NCBI GenBank assembly: GCA_963813715.1
Contig: CAWFAK010000008.1
Span: 32,001 to 96,000, forward strand
DNA: 64,000 nt
Direction: 5' to 3'
Source: an uncultured Planctomycetaceae bacterium
GTDB taxonomy: Bacteria; Planctomycetota; Planctomycetia; Planctomycetales; Planctomycetaceae
Part shown: positions 19,918-31,111 of the stretch, piece by piece
Layout: each line of letters begins with the position of its first letter
Position numbering within the stretch: the first letter of the stretch is position 1
Made by a program: the position numbers and the translations under genes
Notes under the pieces: generated by a model
What the model was told of the DNA's origin: nothing
Databases searched by the model: none
The model's input: the letters and a program-made list of their open reading frames with translations, nothing else

Positions 19918-21258
19918 CTATTTCTTCGTCCCGGCGATCTTGTACAAGCGGTGAAGCGTACGCAGATAGAGCGCCCCGTCCGCGACGGCTGGAGAGGCCC
20001 GCATGCCCTCGTTGAGGCGATTCGAGGCGACAATCTTTTGCGGCCCACTCAGCTGCACCACAGTGGTCGTCCCCTCCTCGTCGGGCGCGTAGAGGTGTTC
20101 ATCGGCGATCAGCGGCGACGCCACAAACGTTCCGCCCAGCCGCAGCGTCGTTTCTTGTTTGCCGGTTTTCGCATCGAGTCCGAAGAGCACCCCATGGTCC
20201 GTCAGCATCCAGATGCGACCACGATCGAGCACGGGTGCACACAGCCGGGAGTTGGCCTTCGTGCGATTCCAGACGACGTGTGTATTGGTGACGTCGCCGC
20301 GCGTCGAATCGTCGAGCCGGACGGCCATGAAATTCGTGCCTCCGGTGCCGGAGTGGATGATCGCCATGTTCTCGAAAAAGAGCGGAGGAGCGGCTGCGTT
20401 GAAGTCTTCGTGCGGGATCGTCCAGATTTCGCTACCCGTCGCGGCGTCGTAGCCGAAGGCAGCGCGCGAGCCGACTGAAACGATTTGGGTGTGACCCGCC
20501 ACGTCCGTCGTGCCGGGAGTGCCGTACCCCTTGCGAACGTCGCCCTCGCGTTGTGGCTTACCGTCGGGACCCAGGTCGTGGTAGTTGGTCGAGCGATCGG
20601 TGCGCCAGACCGTTTTGCCGGTTCTCTTGTCGAGCGCCGTGACGTATTGCTGGTCGATGCCGTCGAACGTCAGGACGAGAAGATTCTTGCAGACGATCGG
20701 CGAGGAGCCTGGTCCGCGATAGTGGCGACAGTGAAGGTCCCGGCGCCGCCAGACAATCGCCGCCGTCTGGGGGTCGAGTCGGGCGGTGCCATAGGTCCCG
20801 AAGTGCACATAGACCGCGTCGTCCTCCAGCACGCAGCTCGGCGACGCGTAAGTATTGACCCTGTTTCCCAGTCGCTCGGGAGCAGCGTTCTCAAACACGA
20901 GTTTGTGATGAACGATCCGGCCTGTGCGCGCATCGATCGCGTACCCAAACTGCTGTTTGCCGTCTTCGGTGGCGGCGGTAAACCAAATTCGGTCATGGCC
21001 GATCACCGGGGTCGAGTGGCCCAAACCTTCCAGGTCGACCTTCCAGGCGATGTTCTTGCCGCTCGCCTCATCCCATTCGATGGGCACACCGCGGGCATCG
21101 CGTTCGGTCGCAGTGCCGTTTTGAAAAGGGCCGTTGCGACAGGGCCAGGGAAGATCCCCTGTCGAAACGCTTGCCGCCCCCAGATCGAAAAGCAGCAACA
21201 ACGCCGCCGAGAGGAGCGCTGCGGTGGAAGTGGTGATCAAAGTCGAGAGCCGAGACAT
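19918..21258 (-). CDS. PQQ-like beta-propeller (BamB-like) protein
   Basis: NIAWKV..G.GHSTP, ASPS, repeated TG..W motifs, ASPAVADGALYLRT. Confidence 0.9.
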   Translation of the reverse strand: MSRLSTLITTSTAALLSAALLLLFDLGAASVSTGDLPWPCRNGPFQNGTATERDARGVPIEWDEASGKNIAWKVDLEGLGHSTPVIGHDRIWFTAATEDGKQQFGYAIDARTGRIVHHKLVFENAAPERLGNRVNTYASPSCVLEDDAVYVHFGTYGTARLDPQTAAIVWRRRDLHCRHYRGPGSSPIVCKNLLVLTFDGIDQQYVTALDKRTGKTVWRTDRSTNYHDLGPDGKPQREGDVRKGYGTPGTTDVAGHTQIVSVGSRAAFGYDAATGSEIWTIPHEDFNAAAPPLFFENMAIIHSGTGGTNFMAVRLDDSTRGDVTNTHVVWNRTKANSRLCAPVLDRGRIWMLTDHGVLFGLDAKTGKQETTLRLGGTFVASPLIADEHLYAPDEEGTTTVVQLSGPQKIVASNRLNEGMRASPAVADGALYLRTLHRLYKIAGTKK

Positions 21259-21271
21259 CGGGGCCTTTCTC

Positions 21272-22801
21272 TTATGCCAGCACGTCGGTGAGGACGCGGC
21301 CGTGTACGTCGGTCAGCCGGCGCTCGAGGCCGTTGTGATAGAAGGTCAGCCGTGTGTGGTCAAAGCCCAACAGCCAAAGCAGCGTCGCGTGCAGATCGTG
21401 AATGGAGGAGACGTCAGCGGCCGCCTTGTAGCCCAGCTCGTCGGTCGCCCCGTACGAAAAGGCCCGTTTGACGCCGGCGCCGGCCAGCCACGCGGTGAAG
21501 CCGTGCGGATTGTGGTCGCGGCCGCTCGCTCCCTTCTGGAACGTCGGCATGCGGCCGAACTCGGTACACCAGACGACCAGCGTTTCGGAGAGCAGGCCGC
21601 GGGATTTGAGGTCGCTCAAGAGGGCGGCGGCCGGCTGGTCGAGGACCGGCCCATGAATGTCGTACTGCTTCTTGAGGAAGCGGTGCCCGTCCCAGTTGCC
21701 GACGCCCTCGCCCATCGCGTAGGCGCCATTAAAGAGCTGCACGAACCGCACGCCAGACTCGATCAGCCGGCGGGCGAGGATGCAGTTGCGGGCGAAACCG
21801 GCTTTGAGCTTGTTCTCGACGTCGTCGGCTCCGTAGGCGGCCAGCGTTGTCCGAGACTCGCTCGAGAGGTCCATGATTCGCGGCACGCTCAGCTGCATGC
21901 GGGCCGCCATTTCGTAGCTGGCGATGCGGGCCGAGAGTTCGGTGTCGCCCGGAAACTGGGCGAGGTGCCGCTCGTTGAGCAGCTTAAGCAGGTCCGACGT
22001 GGCGAGATCCCCCGCGCTCGACACGCCGGGCGGTCGCTCGAGATGGCGGATCGGCTGGCTGCTATTGAAGGGCGTTCCCTGGAAGACGGCGGGCAGGAAA
22101 CCGGCTCCCCAATTGTTGACGCTCGACTGCGGCACGCCGCGCGGGTCGGGGATCGCCACGAAGGCGGGCAGGTCGTTGTTCTCGGTCCCCAGGGCGTAAC
22201 TCACCCAGGCGCCCATGCTGGGATAGCCGTCGAGCGTGAAGCCGGTGGAGAGGAAGTTTTCGCCCGGGCCGTGCGTGTTCGTCTGGCTGGTGAGCGAGTG
22301 GATAAAGCACATCTCGTCGGCCAGCTCGCCCAGCCGCGGCAACAGGTCAGAAGTCATCTTGCCCGACTGGCCGCGGGGACGAAACGCGTACGGGCTCTTG
22401 ATCAGGTTGCCGTTCGCACCCTGAAAGGTGACGAGGCCGGCGCCCCCCGGCATCGGCTGGTCGTGCCGGCGGATCAGCTCGGGCTTGTAGTCGAAGGTAT
22501 CGATCGAGCTGCAGGCGCCCGAGCAAAAGATGACGAGCACGTTCTTCGCGCGGGCTGGCAAGGGTGGACGTCGTGCCCCGAACGGGTGGGCCGGATCGAT
22601 GGCTGGCCGGAACGGGCCGCTAGTATTTGCCGCGGTGGGAACGGACGCGCTCGCCGCACCGAGTGCGCCATCCCGCGCGAGCAAGTGCGCGAGTGCGATC
22701 CCCGACAGTCCGCTCGCCGTCTGGGCGAGGAACCCGCGGCGGTCGAGCAGCCGGCGGCCGGCGCAGGAGAGGGGGGACGATTGTTGTTGACGAGCAGACA
22801 C
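21272..22801 (-). CDS. DUF1501 family protein (Tat signal)
   Basis: [46 protein letters not shown]. Confidence 0.95.
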   Translation of the reverse strand: MSARQQQSSPLSCAGRRLLDRRGFLAQTASGLSGIALAHLLARDGALGAASASVPTAANTSGPFRPAIDPAHPFGARRPPLPARAKNVLVIFCSGACSSIDTFDYKPELIRRHDQPMPGGAGLVTFQGANGNLIKSPYAFRPRGQSGKMTSDLLPRLGELADEMCFIHSLTSQTNTHGPGENFLSTGFTLDGYPSMGAWVSYALGTENNDLPAFVAIPDPRGVPQSSVNNWGAGFLPAVFQGTPFNSSQPIRHLERPPGVSSAGDLATSDLLKLLNERHLAQFPGDTELSARIASYEMAARMQLSVPRIMDLSSESRTTLAAYGADDVENKLKAGFARNCILARRLIESGVRFVQLFNGAYAMGEGVGNWDGHRFLKKQYDIHGPVLDQPAAALLSDLKSRGLLSETLVVWCTEFGRMPTFQKGASGRDHNPHGFTAWLAGAGVKRAFSYGATDELGYKAAADVSSIHDLHATLLWLLGFDHTRLTFYHNGLERRLTDVHGRVLTDVLA

Positions 22802-22816
22802 GCAGCCGGCCTCAGA

Positions 22817-25615
22817 TCAAGGAAGAAACAGGAACTCGTTGGCGTTGAACAAAGCACGACAGAGCGACCGGAGGCCGTACCGCGCGACGAGTCGTTCGGC
22901 GGCTCGGCTTTCCACTTCGTCCGGCTGGCGGCCGAACGCGAGCTCGAATGCCCGCTGCACTCCGGGTGCCGCTCCGCTACCCGCCTCGTGCCGGCAGCGT
23001 TCGGCCATCAGGTCGGCTTGCTCTTCAGTGAAGCGGCTATTGAAGAGGCCCAGCGCTTGCACGGCGGTCGTCGATTGCGTGCGGCGCGGGGCGATCAGGC
23101 CGGCATCGGGGCAATCGAACGCGCCGAAGACCGAATCCTGTTCCATCCGCACTTTCGACATGTAAACCATGCGTCGCCACTCGGACGGACCGAATTGTTC
23201 TTTGGGCCGGTAGACGCGGACGTAGTTCGTGTTCGGTTGGAAGGGGCTGAAGCCGGGGCCACCCATCCGTTCCTCGAGCACGCCGCTGGCCGTCAGCATC
23301 GAATCGCGGATGGCCTCCGCCTCGAGCCGGCGCGGCGGGAACCGCCACAAGAGGCGTGCACTCGCGTCGACCTTCAGGCCGTCAACTCGCGGAGCCGACA
23401 ATTGCCGATACGTGGCCGATGTCAGAATCAGCCGATGGACGTGCTTGAGCGACCAGCCGCTGTGAACCAGCTCGTTCGCCAGCCAATCGAGCAGCTCGAG
23501 ATGCGACGGGCGGCCGCCGTTGTGGCCGAAATCGGACGGCGTCTCGACGATGCCGCGGCCGAAGTGGTAATGCCAGAGCCGATTCACCATGACCCGAGCG
23601 GTCAGCGGATTCTGCGGCCGAGCGATCCAACGGGCCAGGGCGACGCGACGCTCTTGCTCGGGAGCGGCGGGCGGAATCTCGAGCGGACCGACGGCCGCAA
23701 TCGCCCCGGGATTCACCACGTCGCGCGGGGAGCCGGGGTCACCGCGATAGAGCCGATGAACCGGATCGGGTTGCTCGAACAGGCCGGCATAAACTCGGGG
23801 CGAGGCCGACGTATTTTCCCGCTCGTTGCTGAGCCGCTGCAACTCGGCAAAGAGTTTGGATGCTTCGTGGCGTTTGTCCGACGAGAAACGCGCGGGGAGC
23901 ACTGCGAGCGGCAGCGCGCCGGCGCCCGGAGGCAGGCGTCCATCGGAGCCGGCGATCGGCTTCCAGCGGCCGTCGGCGCTTTGGGCCTCGATCAGATAAT
24001 CGGTCGGCAGGCGATCGCGGTAGACGCCCGAGCGGTCGCGTCCCCATTCGATCTGCGAGATCAGGCAATCGCGGGGGAACTCGACGATTGCCCAGCCCTT
24101 GCCGCGCTCGTTGGAGATCCAGCTCCGCTCGTTGCCAAAGCGGCCGTCGTTGAGATGCGCGCGTTTGTGGAAGCTCGACCCGGGAAAGACGGACGAAACG
24201 GAAACCGTCGCCCCAGCCGACGCCAGCGCCACGTTTTCGAGCGTTCGGACTCCGCTGTTGCCACGTGCAGCGGCGAGAATCACCAGCTCATCGAGGCACG
24301 GCTCGGTGCCGTCGTTCGTGGCTCGAATCGTAAACCGCACGCGCCGAGCCCGCACGGGTTCAAAAACCTCGGTGTTGCGGCGCGGATCGACGGGGGGCCG
24401 CAAACCGAGTCGGGCCAGCGCCGGGTCGTGCGTTCGATCTCGGCGATGAGCTCCTGGCGATGGGCGATGCGCCGCGGCTCGTCGACGGCATCGAGCGGCC
24501 GCTCGCCGTGCTGCACGCCGGCAAAGACGGCCTCCACCGCGTAAAAGTCATGCTGCGGAATTGGGTCGAACTTGTGGTTGTGACACTTGGCGCAACCCAG
24601 CGTCAGCCCCAAAAAGGTCGTGCCCGTTGTATTAATGATGTCGGTGAGTTCGTCCTGCCGCTGCATCCGCGTCAGGACGGGGTCCGGGCTTTTCACCTTG
24701 TCGCATGGTCCGCCGACGAGAAACCCGGTGGCCGCGTCCGCGCCGACGCTGTCGCCCGCGAGCTGCTCGAAGACGAGCCGGTCGTACGGCTTGTCGGCGT
24801 TGAAGGCGCCGATCAAGTAATCGCGATAGGGATAGGCGTTGGGCCGCTCGATGTTGGTCTCGAAGCCATCGGTCTCGGCGAACCGCACGACGTCGAGCCA
24901 GTGACGGGCCCAGCGCTCGCCGAAATGAGGGCTGGCCAGCACGCGATCGACGAGCCGGTTCCAGGCGAGCGGATCGGTGTCAGCCGGCAAACTGGGCGAT
25001 CTCGGCCGGCGACGGCGGCAGGCCGAGCACATCGAGATAGAGCCGGCGAATGAGCGTGCGACGATCAGCGGGCGGCGACGGCGCGAGACCGGCTGCATGG
25101 AGCTTCGCTGCAACGAACGCGTCGAGCGGATTGCCGGGAAAGTCTTTGTCCTGCGTTACCGGCGGCCGATCGACTCGCACAGGCTTGAACGACCAGAAGT
25201 CGGCACTCGGCCCGGAGCTGGCGGCGCCGTCGTCGAAGGCCGCTCCTTGATCGATCCACCGACGAAGAATTTCGATCTCGCCCGCGGTGAGCCGTGCGCC
25301 GTCCGGCGGCATCGAGAGTTTTTTGTCCTTCCCCGAGACGACCAGCAGCAGCCGACTGTCGGCGCTTCGACCAGGCACGACGCCCGCGCGCCCGACTTGC
25401 CCCCTTTCAGCAAATCGGCACGTCGATCGACACGCAGATTGCTCTCCTGAGTGTCGGCAGCGTGACATTCGAAGCAGTGCTTCGAGAGAATCGGTCGCAC
25501 GTCCCGCTGAAAGCTGACGGGTGCTTCCGCGGCCGTCGCGTGCGCTGCGATCAGAACGACCGCGAGGGAAGTGACCGATGCTGAAATCGGAAAGCGCAAA
25601 CCCGATCTCCGCCAA
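22817..25615 (-). CDS. Planctomycete cytochrome c / DUF1549 / DUF1553 protein (several frameshifts)
   Basis: CFECH, GERWARHWLDVVRFAET, CAKCHNHKFDP, NPLTARVMVNRLW, LFNANEFLF spread across four ORFs. Confidence 0.9.
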
Positions 25616-25861
25616 TAATCGCGCGAGGACAAGTTGGCGAGGGGCCGGACAAATCCGGCCGAACGTTCAGGCGTGATCGCGGAATTCTCCGCGACATCGT
25701 GCAGGCAGGGCACCGTGGAGTTCGTCTCGACAGCCGCCCTTAGGATACCATCTCGGTCAACCCCGGGTCACCTGCTCCGCGAGCCTCTTCCCGAATTTCG
25801 TTTCGCCGGTGTGCGCCCTTGCTCGCCGTGCTCCGCTTCGACTGCGGCCCGGCTCATATAC

Positions 25862-25896
25862 TTTGGTTTGACAAACAAAACTATTTGAAGTATCGT
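25862..25896 (+). promoter_or_regulatory. Sigma70 promoter with overlapping inverted repeat (probable MarR operator)
   Basis: TTGACA (25868) -17- TATCGT (25891); TTTGGTTTG-a-CAAACAAAA. Confidence 0.65.
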
Positions 25897-25901
25897 TCTT
25901 T

Positions 25902-26390
25902 ATGGACGCGGTTCAGGCCAGCAAGGCGGTGATTCGGCTTTATCCGCGGATTTACTTCGCGTGCCATCGCCGGCACGTGCGGGATCCCGGCAGCAACCGA
26001 GTGCTGTCGTCGCACCAAGTCTCGATTCTCGATCATCTGGACGAGCGTGAAGTGACCTTTATTTCGAGCCTGGCCGAGCACATGGGCGTGACCGTCTCCA
26101 CGATCTCGCTCGCTCTCGATCGGCTGGTCGAGCAGGGATTCGCGCGACGCGTGCCCGATAAGGCCGATCGTCGGCGTGTCGGCGTGCTTTTGACGAAGGC
26201 CGGAGTTCGCATCCGGGATTCCTCGGGGCCGCTGGATCCCGATCTCGTCGCGACGCTCGTTGAGCGACTGAGCGACGAGGAACGCAGGCAAGCGGTGCGG
26301 GGCCTGAAGCTGTTGGCGGATGCAGCAGGCCGCGCCGGGACTGCCGATGCGGCCAGACAAGTCATGCGGGAAGCGGACTCAAAAGAATAA
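25902..26390 (+). CDS. MarR family transcriptional regulator
   Basis: LAEHMGVTVSTIS..LDRLVEQGF..R...ADRR...V.LTKAG. Confidence 0.9.
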   Translation: MDAVQASKAVIRLYPRIYFACHRRHVRDPGSNRVLSSHQVSILDHLDEREVTFISSLAEHMGVTVSTISLALDRLVEQGFARRVPDKADRRRVGVLLTKAGVRIRDSSGPLDPDLVATLVERLSDEERRQAVRGLKLLADAAGRAGTADAARQVMREADSKE

Positions 26391-26492
26391 GGCGGGATCC
26401 GGCCGCGCGGCCCACGGCCGCATGGGACTCACCAGTGCGGCGCACGGCCGCACGTAACTCACAGGGATCAGACAACTCGCGAGGAATGAACG

Positions 26493-27017
26493 ATGGGCAG
26501 CGTGATCTACTTTCTGGTTGGCCTTGTGCTGATGGCGTCGGGGGTGGTCCTCTCGTTCGGGGCCGTCATGCCGAGGGAGCACATCGTCACGCGATCCGCC
26601 GAGCTGTGCGCCTCGCCTCAGGCCGTTTGGACCCTGATTTCCGAACCGGAGAACTTTCCCTCGTGGCGCTCGGGCGTGAAGAGCGTCGAAATGCTCAGCG
26701 GCGCGAACGAACCCAAGAAATGGGTGGAAGCCTCCGGCCGTGATCGCCTCCAGTTGGCTATCGTTGAGGCGAAGAGTGCGGAAACGCTCGTCACCAAGAT
26801 CGACGACGACAAACTGCCCTACGGCGGAACCTGGACCTACTCGCTCCAGCCGTCAGTGAGCGATGGCGGGAGCCACCTCGAAATCACCGAACAGGGATTC
26901 GTGAACCCGCCGCCATTTCGTTTCCTGGCAAAATTCGTCTTCGGTCACGCCACAACAATCGATCGCTACCTGGCCGACTTGCGGAAGCGGACGGACGCGG
27001 ACCGATCGGGCCAGTGA
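26493..27017 (+). CDS. SRPBCC (polyketide cyclase-like) protein
   Basis: ASPQAVWTLISEPENFPSWRSGV, LPYGGTWTYSL. Confidence 0.85.
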   Translation: MGSVIYFLVGLVLMASGVVLSFGAVMPREHIVTRSAELCASPQAVWTLISEPENFPSWRSGVKSVEMLSGANEPKKWVEASGRDRLQLAIVEAKSAETLVTKIDDDKLPYGGTWTYSLQPSVSDGGSHLEITEQGFVNPPPFRFLAKFVFGHATTIDRYLADLRKRTDADRSGQ

Positions 27018-27056
27018 TCCGTCCGAGAAACTTTCACTCCCGCGGAAAGTCGTCGA

Positions 27057-27728
27057 TTACTTTGACTTCGGCGGAGGTTTTGAATCGTCTTCGTCCTCTG
27101 CAAACGAAAATGAAGAGCCGCGCTCGTTTTTGTCGTTATGAGGCTTGCCAAACATTCGCACAGTCACGGGCCGAAACAAGACAACCAGTTCGCCTGTCCG
27201 ATGGGTCATCTGAATTGGAGGAAACATCCCGGCGATTTCTCGAGGCCATGCCACAATTTCCGCGGTTTCGACGCCTCTCATTTCCCACTCGTCGCCCTCA
27301 TAGACGTCCGGCAAGAAAACCGCGTTATTCTGCCACCACTTCGCTGTCCATGTGCGCGTGCCATCGGGCGCTGCCGTCACGATGCCGCGGGACTTAATTG
27401 GAGTCACAGTATCAGCAGGGATTGTAATGGGGACGCGTACCGGCTTGCCGTCGATGCTGTTTACGACAAACACGAATCCTTCCGGCTTAGCGTGGCCTTC
27501 CGGGATCTTGTCGGAATTCTTCCATTTGCCGCGAATTGTCACGACGTCTTCACCCAACGAGTTTCCCAGTCGACCAAGCAGCTTCACTCGCCTGGGAACG
27601 TCCTCGAATTTCACTCTGACTGGCTCACGAGCGGGTTCGGGCTCCAGAGGGCCGTGCCCACTCGAAACGGCCATCGAGGCGGCGACAACCAGCACTCCGG
27701 CGACGCACGTCGTGACGAATCTGAACAT
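27057..27728 (-). CDS. Hypothetical secreted protein
   Basis: Signal-like N-terminus; LLGRLGNSLG motif; fills the gap between genes. Confidence 0.55.
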   Translation of the reverse strand: MFRFVTTCVAGVLVVAASMAVSSGHGPLEPEPAREPVRVKFEDVPRRVKLLGRLGNSLGEDVVTIRGKWKNSDKIPEGHAKPEGFVFVVNSIDGKPVRVPITIPADTVTPIKSRGIVTAAPDGTRTWTAKWWQNNAVFLPDVYEGDEWEMRGVETAEIVAWPREIAGMFPPIQMTHRTGELVVLFRPVTVRMFGKPHNDKNERGSSFSFAEDEDDSKPPPKSK

Positions 27729-27762
27729 AGCGAAGCTTTGAAGATGATTGTCGAGCGGAGAA

Positions 27763-28881
27763 TCAGTTTCGCGGAAAGACGTCCTCAATCGGCTTGCCGG
27801 CCTTGGGCTCGGCGGCGCAGTAGTCTTCGCCCAGAAAGCGGGCCAGCGTGGCGGCGATCTGGGTTTGGGTGAGAGTCGGGATGTGCTTCCGCTCGCCGAG
27901 CGGGGGCGTGTCGGGTCCGATCACCGCGATCCAGATGCTTTCGGAGCCTTTGAAGCGGTCGCTGTGGCTCTTCCATTCCTCGGGGCCGTGGCCCCGGCCG
28001 TGGTCGGGAGAATAGATCAGCGTGGTGCGGTCGCGGTATTTTGGGTGCGACTGCACGGCTTGCCACAGTTCGGCGACGTACGCGTCGACGCGGTGGGCCG
28101 ACCAGAGGTACTCGTCATACCGTCCTTCGTGAGCCCACTCGTCGCTTTCGCCCAGCGACACGAAAAAAATCCGCGGCTCGTGCAGGCGGAAGTACTCCCG
28201 GGCCGTGCGGTAGGTGAGGGCGTCGAACGGCTCGTTCGGCCAGTGCGAAGGAATCTCCTGCTTCAACTTATTGAGCAGCACGAATCTCCGGCGTCAGCTC
28301 ACCTTCGAGCATCGGCTCGAAAGCCGCGTTGATATAGAAGCCGCAACGCTCGCGATTGAAGATGAAGGGGAAACGGTCCCAGCGCGCCGAAGGCGGCCAC
28401 GCCGCCCCTCGAACCGCGGCTTGCGATAGAGCCACTCGATGACGGTGCGGTTCGGGTTATCGCGTTTGTCGTTGGTGCCGATCCGCGGGTCGGCGAATCC
28501 GCACAACGTCTCGCTGTAGCCGGGATAGGAAAAGTTGTGCCCGTTGGTGACGTGGACGGCACTTCCCTGGTCCTGGTTGCCGAAGAGCTGTCCCTGCCGC
28601 GCGACCGTCTTCCAGAGAAAGGGAAAGAGCGCTTCCCGCCGCGCCTCGACCGTCGGCCGGTCGAACTGCCGCTTGAGTTCGCTCGGCCGTTTCACGCCTC
28701 CCGGCCGGTTACTCATCAGCAGGTCCTCGGCCCCGCGAAAGACTTCCTCCCAGCGCACGCCGTCATTCATCACCAGGATCACGTTCTCGGTTTTGAGCGG
28801 TGGGGCGGCGGCCAGCGGTTGTCCCGAGATCGCTAGGGGGCCGGCGAGCAAGAGCACGACAAACAGCGGACGGATTCGCAT
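27763..28881 (-). CDS. Alkaline phosphatase/phosphoglyceromutase superfamily protein (frameshifted)
   Basis: NVILVMNDGVRWEE, FSYPGYSE, GESDEWAH, DHGRG. Confidence 0.85.
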
Positions 28882-29088
28882 GATCTCTCTATCTGGGGAA
28901 ATACTGGCGACTGCGCGGCGGTCGACAGGGTCGATCGGCCGATCTCCAATTAAACCATCCCTACGCCGAAAATTCGCTGCGCCAAACGCTTTAGAATCGT
29001 TGACACTCTGCGGAGGGTCAAATTAGGATCAAATTCGACGGCTCCCCCTTCTCACGTCTCCGTCCGACTCTCTGGCGAGATCGAGCCC

Positions 29089-29757
29089 ATGAACATCTCC
29101 GACATGATCATTCACGCCCGCGAGGGCGTTTACTTGACGCAGCTGGGCCTGGCGATCTTCGGCGTCTACCTGCTGATCGTGATGTTCCGTCAGCTCAGTC
29201 GGAAAAGATTCGCCAGCCAGGCGGCCGCATCACAGTTCCTGGAACAGGTGGACGAGAAGCTGCAGCAGCGCGACATCGACGGCGTCGCCGAGGTCTGCGA
29301 CTCGCCCGCTTACTGGTCGAAGGCCGTGCCGCAGCTCGTGATCGTCGCCTTGCAAAACCCGCAGCTCAATCCGCAAAAGCTCCGCCGGCACCTGGGCGAA
29401 ACGTTCGAGCGCGAGGTGCTGGCCGACTTCGATTTTCGCTCGTCGTGGATCGTGACGATCGTGCGGGCTGCCCCCATGTTGGGCCTCTTGGGAACGGTGC
29501 TCGCTCTGATCGCGGCCTTCGAGAAAATTGCCACCGTGCAGACGCAGGGGAACGATCCGAGCGCGCTGGCCGGCGACATCGGCCACGCCCTGTTGACGAC
29601 GGCATTCGGATTGGCGATTGCCATTCCGCTGACGCTGGCGGGCAACATGATTCACGTGCGGCTGGGCATGCTGCAGAACGCCGTCCAGCACCAGCTCGGC
29701 GCATTCCTCGAAATGTACGAGGCGGCCTTCCGTCCGACCAAAGGAAAGCCGGCATGA
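29089..29757 (+). CDS. MotA/TolQ/ExbB proton channel protein
   Basis: APMLGLLGTV, IGHALLTTAFGLAIAIP. Confidence 0.92.
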   Translation: MNISDMIIHAREGVYLTQLGLAIFGVYLLIVMFRQLSRKRFASQAAASQFLEQVDEKLQQRDIDGVAEVCDSPAYWSKAVPQLVIVALQNPQLNPQKLRRHLGETFEREVLADFDFRSSWIVTIVRAAPMLGLLGTVLALIAAFEKIATVQTQGNDPSALAGDIGHALLTTAFGLAIAIPLTLAGNMIHVRLGMLQNAVQHQLGAFLEMYEAAFRPTKGKPA

Positions 29758-30208
29758 CGCGTCGCACGATCCTGTCGGGCGAGTCGGCCGAACAGCAGTG
29801 GGGCACGAAAGTCCGCAAGCCCCACGAGGCGGACATCGACGTCACGCCGCTGGTCGACTGCGTCTTCCTCCTGCTCGCCTTCTTCATGATGACGTCGCCC
29901 ATGAAGGGCAACCCCGATAAGAAACTGCCGACGGCGCTACACGGCGGCCCGATCAATCCCAACTCGGCCACCATGATTCGCATCGCCGAGGCTGAGCCGA
30001 GCCCGCACATTCTGCTCAACGACCGCGAAAGCACGATCGACGACGTGCGGCCGTTCGTCGAGGAAGGTCTGCGCAAGGGTCACGCGACAGTGGTCATCAA
30101 GGCCGACCGAAAGTCCCCTGCGGGCTGGTCCAGAAAGTCGCCAAGGCCATCACCTCAGTCGAGGGGGTGCGGTTTTGCATCGGCGTGTTGGACAAGCCCA
30201 ATCAGTAA
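29754..30208 (+). CDS. ExbD/TolR protein (frameshift near 30120)
   Basis: IDVTPLVDCVFLLLAFFMMT, VVIKADRK. Confidence 0.85.
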
Positions 30209-30270
30209 GCGCGGCCCTCGATTGCGGCGAGCGTCGCTCGACGGGCCCGGCTGCGAAGCGTTCGTGAATT

Positions 30271-31070
30271 ATGGCCATCCGTTATCACTGCCCGCAGTGC
30301 CATCAGACTGCTGAGCATTGCCACGCGCCGGGCCGGCCAAACGACCCAGTGCCCCACGTGTGGCAACCGGCACACAGTGCCGACTGAGAGCGAGCCCGAG
30401 CGTCCGCACCCGGCACCCGCGGTGACCACGAAAGCAGTCCACCACCCGCCGCGGACGGAGCCGAATCCCGAGCGGAAAATCGTCGAGGCCGAACCCCCCG
30501 TCAAGCAAGTGCCCAGCCCGCCGGTTCACGGCGCGCTCGACCGGGCCGCGCCGCGGCGTCGCCCTATCTTGCCGGTGCCGCGGTTGAGGAACGGGGCCAT
30601 CACTGGGCCGAGGACGAGGAGGAAGACGAGGGATTCGTCATTCAGGGCGTCGAGCGGAAATCGGACGAGCTCGACCTGATTCCGATGGTCGACTGCGTCT
30701 TTCTGCTCCTGGTCTTCTACATGATCACCGCGTCGTACGCGCTGCAGAAAATGATCGACATGGCCGCCCCTGCCGCCGACAAGAAAGGGGTCGTCAATCG
30801 GTCCAAGCTGTCGACGACACGGCGCAAAGCTCGCTGGTCGTGCAGATCGACGCGGCGAATCGCGTCCTGATCGATGACGTCCCCGTGCCCAATCTCGGCG
30901 ACATCCCGGACATCTTGCGAACCAAGATGAACGGCGATCAGAAAAACGTCCTGATCATCGAAGCCGATCCCAAGGCCTTTCACGAAACGGTGGTGGCCGT
31001 AACCGATGCGGCCAAGGACCTGCCATTCCAGCACGTGCGGATGGCGGTGAAATCGGCCGACGAAGATTGA
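30271..31070 (+). CDS. Zinc-ribbon plus ExbD/TolR fusion (frameshifted)
   Basis: MAIRYHCPQCHQ, CPTCG, Pro-rich linker, LDLIPMVDCVFLLLVFYMIT, IIEADPKAFHE. Confidence 0.7.
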
Positions 31071-31111
31071 ATGTCGGTGCGGCCCAAGCGCTCGAAAGGA
31101 TAGGAACGCGA

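Noticed and set aside
21134..24544. 1136-aa plus-strand ORF
   Set aside because: Antisense shadow of the DUF1501 and DUF1553 genes in GC-rich DNA; no recognisable motifs. The same applies to most other overlapping ORFs in the track.
19918..25615. DUF1553-DUF1501-PQQ propeller cluster as a novel system
   Set aside because: Function is unknown, but this arrangement is a common, well-noted planctomycete paralogue cluster.
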